This document shows, in pieces, positions 23,204 through 31,501 of a DNA stretch of 64,000 bases; positions within the stretch are counted from its first letter, which is position 1, and each line of letters begins with the position of its first letter. Source of the DNA: Planktothrix sp. GU0601_MAG3 (GTDB lineage Bacteria; Cyanobacteriota; Cyanobacteriia; Cyanobacteriales; Microcoleaceae); the NCBI GenBank assembly GCA_035193785.1, contig CP136572.1:1120001-1184000 (forward strand), given 5' to 3'. The position numbers were made by a program, and so were the translations under genes. The notes under the pieces are model-generated. The model made no database searches, was not told the origin of the DNA, and saw only the letters and a program-made list of their open reading frames with translations.

Positions 23204-23624
23204 TCATTTATAACTGACATTTTGTAAAAAAATTTGGGTGCGACAGTTATTCAGGGCCGCCATTGTTTTCTCATTAAATTGATCGATAGATTGACACATG
23301 ATAAAAACTCCAGCTTTAGCATTCCGGCCAATAGCAGTCAATTCTTCATAATCAATATTTTTTAATCGTGGAGCTTCATCACAAATAATGTAAGTCGGAG
23401 TCCAATTATGGTTGGGATTTCTCATCCGACGATACATCACATTCATTACATAGCTGATCATTACACCCGCCAAGGAAGAACCAAACTTTCCATCGGCTAA
23501 GGATTGGCCAATAACTAGGGTATGTTTAGAGGTTCCATTTAAAGCCGGAAATAAATAAATCCCAGTATTTCCATCACAAATAGACTTGACATGGGGATCT
23601 TTAAAGGGACTCAGTTTATTTTGT
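23204..23624 (-). pseudogene. Internal fragment of a VirD4/TraG/HerA-FtsK-type ATPase, cut at the IS701 end
   Basis: Open frame from 23623: QNKLSPFKDP…YIICDEAPRL (Walker B)…GRNAKAGVFIMCQSIDQF…NCRTQIFL. Confidence 0.7.
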
Positions 23625-24315
23625 CAGGACTTACGCAAGCACGCTATATATAGCGTATCAAAAGTAGGCGATCGCATACCAATGATAATAGCAATCGCCC
23701 TAAAAAGTCCTAATTATTTATTTAAAAATAAACCTAAAACAATCAAACAAGTTCCATTTTTATCGAAGGGAAATTCAGTTCTTTGATTAAATAATTTGAC
23801 AGAGATTCAGCTTTTAACTGATAGACTGTTTTTTTGTCAGATGAGCTAATCTTTTCAATTGATTCCAAACTAAAATGGCACAAGCAATATGATTTCTTTG
23901 AATACTAGCTTTACGACACTGGCAAGATTCAATCCCGGTTAATTGCTTAATTTCTCGGTGAAACTCCTCTATTTTCCAGCGAATAGCACAGGTTTTTTTC
24001 GCATCTGATGTGGATGCTTGAGTTAAGTCATTAGTTGCTACATATTCCGTTCTGTTGGTAGAAACAATAACCCGAAATAGTTGGACTTTTTGATTTTTAT
24101 GGAAATTCTTGATTTTGATTAACTTCCCTGATTTTTATTCAGTATTAGACCAGTTTAACTTCTCAATTGATTGGTATTTTTCTTTTCCTCCTGTGTCATC
24201 TACTAAACGATTCTTTTTTAATGGACAATAATAAATTTTTCCTAATTCATCAATCATTGCCATTAGTTTTTGTGACCCATACCAACTATCCATAAGGACT
24301 TTTGCGAAGGGGATT
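23625..24315 (-). mobile_element. IS701-family insertion sequence remnant (3' half of transposase 23743-24315 with internal stop and frameshift; one terminus retained)
   Basis: VLMDSWYG…YCPLKKNRLV…RWKIEEFHREIKQLTGIESCQCRKASIQRNHIAC; terminal CAGGACTTACGCA at 23625-23637. Confidence 0.8.
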
Positions 24316-24465
24316 AGTACCAGTGAATTAATTGATTGGTTTAAAGCCCTTTATGACTATCCTACGGGGGAAATTCAAGCGATGCTCAAAAAACCAGGAA
24401 TTCCTCTACCGAGTACGTTGCTCAAAGATCATCAGAATTCTAATAGTTATCAGGATTTAACCTAA
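24316..24465 (+). pseudogene. C-terminal remnant of a MoxR-family AAA+ ATPase
   Basis: STSELIDWFKAL…PGIPLPSTLLKD…*; STSELIDW is typical of the MoxR lid in cyanobacterial MoxR-vWA systems; not in the ORF track. Confidence 0.65.
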
Positions 24466-24537
24466 AATCTCAAATCCAGTAGCGATTGTGTTATATTTTG
24501 ATAGTTTAAGCCTTGAAATCAATTTCAGCCTAAGAAC

Positions 24538-24625
24538 TAAAGCCCGTTGAAACGGGTTAATCAAGATCAGTATTGAGTAATCTTTAGATGACTTCAGCTA
24601 TTAGCCCGAACTTTAGTTCAGGGCA
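24538..24625. repeat. Short MITE/REP-like element with two hairpins
   Basis: AGCCCGTTGAAACGGGTT … GACTTCAGCTATTAGCCCGAACTTTAGTTCAGGGC. Confidence 0.45.
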
Positions 24626-24696
24626 TTAATAACTTAAAGTGATCTCCCTAATTTCCCAACTGAAACTCTATAACCCTGTAAAACCTAACCTCAAAA

Positions 24697-24970
24697 ATGA
24701 CAACCGCTTTACCTCTGCTAAAATTATTTGAACAACTCAAAAAAGCTGGATTTCCCCTAAGAATTGACCAGTATAATTTTGCAGTGGAAGCCTTAACCCA
24801 GTCTATTGAGGATGGTTTTGATCCGACTAATTTTGATAAAATAAAATACCTTTGTCAAGCCATTTGGGTTAAATCTCCAGAAGAACAACATCGGTTTGAT
24901 ACCTGTTGGCAAGAGTTGATTTTAAGTTCAAAAAATTCCGTTGAGACCCCCCCAACCCCCCTTGGAAATG
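24697..24970 (+). pseudogene. N-terminal fragment of a MoxR-associated vWA protein, truncated at ISAs1
   Basis: LPLLKLFEQLKKAGFPLRIDQY…LCQAIWVKSPEEQHRFD matches the N-terminal helical domain of MoxR-partner vWA proteins; follows the MoxR tail. Confidence 0.7.
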
Positions 24971-26396
24971 CAGGGTGTTTTCAAAGTCGGGGGTAAAAAA
25001 GAAAATAAAAGTGATCTTTTTTCAGTAAAATTAAAAAGAGATCACTTTTATTTGGTTTTAAAAAAGTCATGTTAAACAATATAATTGAACAACTGAAGTT
25101 AGTCAAGGATTTTCGGAAAAATCGTGGCAAAAGACATGAATTATGGGTGGTGTTGACTATTATTATTTTGGCACTGCTAACTGGCAATGTTACTTATAAG
25201 CAAATAGATAATTTTAGAAAAAATGAAGAAGATAAGCTAATTAAATTATTAGAAATTAAGGCTAAAAAATTGCCATCTTATAGTACAATTAGACGAGTAA
25301 TGATTGGGATAAATCTAATAGAAATTCAGTTAATGTTTCAGTCAATAGTCCAGAAATATTACTGGCAAAAAGAAGGCGTTGATTGGATTGCGATCGATGG
25401 AAAATCTTTAAAAAATACCCTGACTAACTATGAAAATCAAAAACAAAATATGTTAATAATGGTATCTTGGTTTAGTCAAGAAACAAAGTTGGTAATTAAA
25501 TCGGAAAGTTTTGAAAGTAAACAGAGTTCTGAAAACGCCAAAGTTCTCTCTATGATAGAGGAATATGGGTTATTAAATAAAGTATTTACTCTCGATGCTC
25601 TCCATTGTAGTAAGGAAACAACTCAGGCAATAATTGAAAGCAAAAATGATTATTTAATTACGGTGAAAGGCAATCAAATGAAATTGCACAAGCAGATCAA
25701 AAAATTAGTAAAAGTTGAGAAACCTTTAACAGTATATGAAGAAAAAGATTTCAGTCATGGACGAAATATTAGCAGAAAAGTATCAGTATTTGATAGCCAA
25801 AATGTGAACCATAAAAATTATCCTCATCTTCAAAGTTTTATTCAGGTAGAAAGAACAGGTTTTCGGGGTGATCAAGAATATAATGAGACTTTATATTATA
25901 TTAGTAGTCAGAAATTAAGTGCGAAAACATTTGCAGAAAAAATTAAAGCACATTGGTTAATTGAAAATCAAGTACATTGGGTCAAAGATGTAAATTTTAA
26001 TGAAGATAAATCAAGAATAAAAGGGATAGACGTAGCGGGGAAATTCTCGTTATTAGTAACATTAATTTTGAATATATACAGAAGTTTGGGATTTGTCTCA
26101 ATAAAAGAGGGACAGTCATGGTTAGGAAATAATTGGGAGAAAATTTTAGCGATCGCCTGAATTAATTAAGTTTTTAAAACTATTCTTCACAAAAAACATT
26201 AAAAATATTTAATAATAAATAGCCATAAAGTCTTATTAATCAAGACAATGGCTATCTTTTGCTGTTAACAAATATTAAAATCGTTTATTTTTAATATTTC
26301 CAAATTATCTAATAAAAATTAGAGAGAATTTTGCCGGAAAATTTGATGATTTTTTTTGAATATAGCGATCGCATTTTTGAAAATGAAAACCCCCTG
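24971..26396 (+). mobile_element. ISAs1-family insertion sequence (complete, 13-bp imperfect terminal IRs)
   Basis: IRL CAGGGTGTTTTCA (24971-24983), IRR TGAAAACCCCCTG (26384-26396). Confidence 0.88.
25069..26160 (+). CDS. ISAs1-family DDE transposase
   Basis: DFRKNRGKRHEL, PSYSTIRR, IAIDGKSL, TLDALH, VKGNQ, HWLIENQVHWVKDVNFNED. Confidence 0.93.
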   Translation: MLNNIIEQLKLVKDFRKNRGKRHELWVVLTIIILALLTGNVTYKQIDNFRKNEEDKLIKLLEIKAKKLPSYSTIRRVMIGINLIEIQLMFQSIVQKYYWQKEGVDWIAIDGKSLKNTLTNYENQKQNMLIMVSWFSQETKLVIKSESFESKQSSENAKVLSMIEEYGLLNKVFTLDALHCSKETTQAIIESKNDYLITVKGNQMKLHKQIKKLVKVEKPLTVYEEKDFSHGRNISRKVSVFDSQNVNHKNYPHLQSFIQVERTGFRGDQEYNETLYYISSQKLSAKTFAEKIKAHWLIENQVHWVKDVNFNEDKSRIKGIDVAGKFSLLVTLILNIYRSLGFVSIKEGQSWLGNNWEKILAIA

Positions 26397-26432
26397 CTTT
26401 TTAAGGGGGGCTAGGGGGGATATTCTGAGGTT

Positions 26433-26493
26433 TGGGCGGGTTTATTCAGGTTATTTGTGAATATCAAATATTGTGGCGGAAACCCGCCCCTAC
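26433..26493. repeat. REP-like family A (GGGCGGGTT-N~36-AACCCGCCCCTAC); other copies near 41109-41220 (partly duplicated), 41282-41340, 54674-54731, 55676-55733, 56690-56744, 60681-60733
   Basis: Recurrent inverted arms with variable AT-rich spacer and GTAG/CTAC end, all intergenic. Confidence 0.8.
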
Positions 26494-26512
26494 GGGTTGA
26501 CGGCCAGCTTTC

Positions 26513-26577
26513 AGAAACCGGGTTTTTGAGTTAACCTAATACTAAGTATCAAAATCCCTATAAAAACCTGGTTTCTC
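26513..26577. repeat. AGAAACCGGGTTTCT-type palindrome pair; other copies at 44438-44470 and 45871-45885
   Basis: AGAAACCGGGTTTTT, AAAAACCTGGTTTCT, AGAAACCCGATTTCT, AGATACCGGGTTTCT, AGAAACCGGGTTTCT. Confidence 0.7.
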
Positions 26578-26593
26578 ACCCCTTTAATTTATC

Positions 26594-26815
26594 ATGGTTG
26601 AATTAATTATTTTATTAGCCTCTTTATTGGTAGCTTGGTTGGTGTTTACCTGGGTAGTTCAGGTGTTGAAAGCCAGTGTTAATACAGCAATTGCGATCGC
26701 AATAATTGTATTAATTTTACAACTGGTATTTGGAATTGGGCCCCAGGAATTATTAGACCATTTGATTCAGTTACCGCAAAGGTTATGGGATTTGGTTGTT
26801 AATCATCGTTTATAA
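26594..26815 (+). CDS. Small two-TM hypothetical membrane protein
   Basis: 73 aa, ATG start, two hydrophobic stretches, contains a HIP1 site. Confidence 0.7.
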   Translation: MVELIILLASLLVAWLVFTWVVQVLKASVNTAIAIAIIVLILQLVFGIGPQELLDHLIQLPQRLWDLVVNHRL

Positions 26816-26845
26816 TAAATATAATAAATATAATAAATATAATAA
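26812..26845. repeat. 9-bp tandem repeat (ATAATAAAT) x~4 between convergent genes
   Basis: ataataaatataataaatataataaatataataa. Confidence 0.8.
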
Positions 26846-26871
26846 GAGAGTCCTGAAGGACTCACTACGGG

Positions 26872-27766
26872 TTAGAAGTGGAATTTTAGGCGATCGCAAT
26901 GGTTTTGATTTAATTGTTTGTCGAGGGTTTGCCAGTCCTCTTGTTCAATATAATCGGTGATTTGATCTAGGGTTTGTTTGTAGGATTTGAGCGATCGCAA
27001 TAGGGCTTCCCGATTATATTTTGCCATCATTAATCCTAATTCTGGATTTCCCCCGCCGACGCGACTGGTATCCCTAAATCCCGAACTGGCAAAATAGTGG
27101 GCTAATAGATCAACATCGGGGTTATCTTCTAATCTTAAAGCTGCAATTAAACTCCCACTAATAATAACAGGTAAATGGGAAATCCAAGCCACAGCCCGAT
27201 CATGTTCTTCTGGTGGACAATGGTAGATTTTAGCTTGCAATAAATTGACAATAGATTCTACAATTGTAATTGATTCTGGGGGGGTGTTGCTAGTCGGTGT
27301 AATCACATAGGGTTTATTAATAAATAAATCATGTTGTGCCGCATCAATTCCAGTTTCCGTATTCCCCGCCATCGGATGTCCCCCGACAAAATTCGGCCAT
27401 AATTCCGAACAACTTTCGACAATCGGTTTTTTCACAGAACCCACATCCGTTAAAATGGTGTGGGGTTGTAAATGGGGAATTAGTTCTATAATGGTGGGAG
27501 CGATCGCAGCAATAGGAGTACAAATAAAAATAATATCCGCTTGACCCATCAAAGATAAATCCACACTGGCCTCATCCACCACCCCACGTTTCCACGGCAA
27601 CCTCGCAGGTTTCCGGTTTCCGACTGATGCCCAAAATACGATAGGATAGGGGTGGAGAGGTCAGGGGGTGGGATGGGTGAATTGGGGTTTGGGTTTGTTG
27701 TCGATGGGTGAATAAATCTAAACCGAGTGATCCGCCAATTAAACCCAATCCAATAATACCAATATT
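26872..27766 (-). CDS. tyrA: Prephenate/arogenate dehydrogenase (frameshift at GTTTC 27588-27592)
   Basis: IGIIGLGLIGGSLG, TDVGSVK, GGHPMAG, HDRAVAWISHLP, GFRDTSRVGGGNPELG. Confidence 0.92.
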
Positions 27767-28037
27767 CATCAATAAAGACTCCATTCAAACTATTAGGGAA
27801 AAGCGTTAGTGAATCTATCACTTAAAGCTCAATTTTACAATATTTTCGTCAAGTTCAGTTAAAGCTGGTTAATGGGTGATTAAACTGTTCAGCATTAACT
27901 TAAATTTAAAAACTATTATTTCAGGTTTGAACTAATATTCTTAGAGCAATTTCACCCTTTTTATAGGTAGATAAATTCTACCATATTTTGTTATAATTTT
28001 TTATAATCAACCTCACTAATTTGGAGAGTTAGAAGGC

Positions 28038-29590
28038 ATGGATGCCGATGAACTTCTGCTCAAATATCAATCAGGGGCAAGGGACTTTGCGGGTATTTTG
28101 CTTTGTGAAGCCAACCTCAGTCGAGCCAATCTCAGCCAAGCGAATCTCAGCCAAGCCATTTTAAGCATTACAAATCTCAGTGGTGCGAATCTTTCTGAAG
28201 TCAATTTCAGTCAAGCTAAACTCAATGTTGCCCGCTTGAGTGGTGCGAATTTAACCCGCGCTAGACTCGATGATGCGGTTCTGAATGTTGCCAATCTAAT
28301 TCGCGCCGACCTCAGAGAAGCGTCTTTAATTAATGCTTCCTTGATTCGGGCTGAACTTATGCGTTGCGATTTGAGTAATGCTTTATTAATGGGGGCCAAT
28401 CTCAGCGAAGCCGATTTGCGAGAAGCGACCCTGCGCCAAGCTAACCTCGAACAAGTTAATTTGAATGGGGCAAATTTAACCGATGCAATTTTAATTGGTT
28501 TCTAATTTAGAACGAGCTAGTTTACATCGAGCTTGTGTCACCAAAGGAGATTTAAGAGGTGCTAATTTAAGTAATAGTGAATTGCGCCAAGCTAACCTCA
28601 AACAAGCTAATCTGAGTGGGGCCGATCTTCGCGGTGCAAATCTTCGTTGGGCTGATTTGAATGGCGCTAATTTAAGTGGGGCAAATTTAGAACAAGCTCG
28701 ATTAAGTGGGGCGAGTTTGTGTGGAGCCAATTTAAGCGGGGCTAACCTAATGAATGCGGTTTTAATTCATGCGGATTTAACCCAAGCTAACTTAATTAAT
28801 TCCGATTGTACTGGGGCGGATTTAACCGGTTCATCTTTAACCGGATCTAAATTATATGGAGTATCTCGTTTTGATTTAAAAGCAGAAGAAATTACCTGTG
28901 ATTGGATTGATTTAAGTCCCCTAGGAGACAGCAATCAGATTCAAACTTTTAGTCCTAAAGAAGCTAATAAATTTTTTAATGCTACCTTTCCAACAGTAGA
29001 AATTAGTGTTGATACCCGATTAGGATTTGAAGCCCATACGATTTTAGCTAAAATTTATCATTATCTGCAACAACAATCCTCCTTACTGAGTCAGCCGCCC
29101 ACCCTGGAAGTTAATTCCCGACGCACGGTAATTTCATTCAAAATTGAATCCAATGAACAACTATTTAATGTTGCTTATGTTGCGATTTTACCCTTTAGGG
29201 ATGCCGATGTTACCCAAAGAGCGATCGAAACCGCAATCAAACAGTTAACGCCAGATAACTGTGGTCATTTTCCGGTACAGTTATCTAATCGAATTGTACA
29301 ATTAGGAGTGGAAATCGCTCAACAGATCCGTTTGTTGACTGATATTAAAATTCCCCAATCTTGGCAAGCAGAAATTGAAACCTCAGCACCTTTCTTTTTA
29401 AATCCCACAAGAAACCCTACTGAGAAGTTCTAGCCATCAAAGTTTAATCCTCCATAGCCATGCTTATTTTGGCAGAAGTTTAGGCTGTTATTCTGAATCA
29501 TCAGAAAGTTCAGAATCCCTGAACAATCCCTACTTAAATCCCAAACCCCTTGATTCAGAAACTATCCTAAACTTTATTAAGGGATTTTAG
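28038..29590 (+). CDS. Pentapeptide-repeat protein with conserved C-terminal domain (frameshifts at 28498-28502 and 29411-29415)
   Basis: A(N/D)LxxA repeats; C-domain CDWIDLSP…; both breaks are repaired by single-base removal. Confidence 0.88.
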
Positions 29591-29665
29591 GGATTTTATT
29601 AAGGTTTAAGTCGTAACTAGAGAATCAACAATCATTCATTTAATCAGGGTTACAGGATCACCATT

Positions 29666-31225
29666 ATGATTGAAAGTGAATTAGTAAAAGTCTACCAAAT
29701 TGTTAAAAGATATCAGGAAGGAGAGCGAGATTTTAGTGGAATTAATCTGAATGAAAATAATTTAAGCCGGATTAAATTGAGTCAAGCCAATTTAAGTGGG
29801 GCTTCTTTCATGGTTGCTAATTTAACCTCTGCTAATTTAAGTGGCTGTAACTTAACCGGAGCTAATTTTAATGTTGCTCGACTAAGTAATGCCAATTTGA
29901 GTAATGCCATTTTAGATCGAGCCACCCTGAATGTTTGCAATTTAGTGCGAGCCGATTTAAGCGAAGCCTCTCTAGTTGAAAGTCTACTGATTCGCGGGGA
30001 ATTAATTCAAGCATTATTGAGTAAGGCAAAATTAATTCAAGCTAACTTAAATGGGGCGGATTTAAGGGAAGCCAAAGTTGAACAAGCCGATTTTACCTAT
30101 GCGAATTTAAGTGGCGCCAATTTACGCGCTATTTTTGGGGTGGGAACTTGCTTTAGGAGAGCGGATTTAAGGGGAGCAGATTTAACTAAAGCCGATTTAC
30201 CCAAAGCGGATTTTAACTATGCGGAAATGCGACAAGTAAACCTCACCCATGCTAATCTCAGTGGGGCGGATTTAGGGGGAGCCAATTTACGCTGGGCGGA
30301 TTTACGGGGCGCGAATTTAGGCGGGGCTAATTTAAGCGAAGCTAATTTGAGTGGGGCTAATTTGAGTGGGGCTAATTTAAGCAATACAAACTTAGTGAAA
30401 GCCAGTTTTGTTCATGCGGATTTAACCCAGGCTAATTTAATCAAATCGGACTGGGTAGGGGCGGATTTATCGGGAGCTACCTTAACTGGAGCCAAACTTT
30501 ATGATGTTCATAGATTTAGTTTAAAAGCCGAAGATCTCAAGTGTGAATGGATTGATTTAAGCTCCAATGGAGATCATACTCATGTTGTACATTTTAATCC
30601 CGAAACCCTGAAAAAGTTTTTTAATCAAAGTCTTCCTCTGGTGCAAATTTTTGTGGATGCTCCCTTAGATTTTGAATCTAATTTAATTTTAATGACCATC
30701 TATTATAAATTAGCCCAAGTTTATTCGGTGATGAATCGTCCACCGAGTATTGAGGTAGATTATCGACGCACGACTTTAACCTTTGTTGTGGAACGGGAAG
30801 AACATTTATTTCCCCTGGCTTGTATGGCTATTTTTCCCTTTGATGATTCTTCCCCTACACAAAAAAATATTATTAGTTTAATGAAAAAAATTAGAGAAGA
30901 AAATTTAGGGAAAAATCGAAAAATTCAAATTTTAACTGCCATGAATCAAATCATTGTTAAGGCTAATGAATTCAAACTATTAGTCAAAGAAAATCAAAGT
31001 GATTCTCGGTCTGTATTTTTTAAATCCGCCACTCAAACCCTATTAAAAAATAGCAGTCAACAAAGTTTAATAGTTCATAATAATGCTAATTTTGGTAAAC
31101 GATTTGATTACCTATCTAGTCGTCAAACCGATGCCGATCTAACCCTCAATTCCCGCCAATCTACTCTACCGGATTTTAAAGAAGTGATTGATTTTATCGA
31201 AAGTTTTGATTATCTTAGTCATTAG
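29666..31225 (+). CDS. Pentapeptide-repeat protein, paralog of the upstream gene
   Basis: YQEGERDFSGINL…ANLSGA repeats…CEWIDLSS. Confidence 0.92.
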   Translation: MIESELVKVYQIVKRYQEGERDFSGINLNENNLSRIKLSQANLSGASFMVANLTSANLSGCNLTGANFNVARLSNANLSNAILDRATLNVCNLVRADLSEASLVESLLIRGELIQALLSKAKLIQANLNGADLREAKVEQADFTYANLSGANLRAIFGVGTCFRRADLRGADLTKADLPKADFNYAEMRQVNLTHANLSGADLGGANLRWADLRGANLGGANLSEANLSGANLSGANLSNTNLVKASFVHADLTQANLIKSDWVGADLSGATLTGAKLYDVHRFSLKAEDLKCEWIDLSSNGDHTHVVHFNPETLKKFFNQSLPLVQIFVDAPLDFESNLILMTIYYKLAQVYSVMNRPPSIEVDYRRTTLTFVVEREEHLFPLACMAIFPFDDSSPTQKNIISLMKKIREENLGKNRKIQILTAMNQIIVKANEFKLLVKENQSDSRSVFFKSATQTLLKNSSQQSLIVHNNANFGKRFDYLSSRQTDADLTLNSRQSTLPDFKEVIDFIESFDYLSH

Positions 31226-31501
31226 GGGGAGTAATAAATCATTTTTTATGTTTAATAGTAATAATTAGTCTCCCCTCTCATCGCAGGAGATAGGTTGGGG
31301 GAGAGGTCACAAAGGTTTTTGGGAGAAAATGTAAAATTCATGTTTAAACTCGGCTTCAGAGAATGAGGAATATAGTAAACCCAAGATTATTTTTGCAGGT
31401 ACTGAGTCCCATCTCATCAAATTACCAATAACGCTTGCTGGACTTGTTAGAACGTCATCCGCTTGAGTATCAAACCCCGATCAATTGGTATAGGTTTATA
31501 A

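Noticed and set aside
23586..23786. 66-aa plus-strand ORF, and similarly 63094-63339 and 11185-11388
   Set aside because: They span IS ends or AT-rich intergenic DNA or lie antisense to other frames, with no recognisable motif
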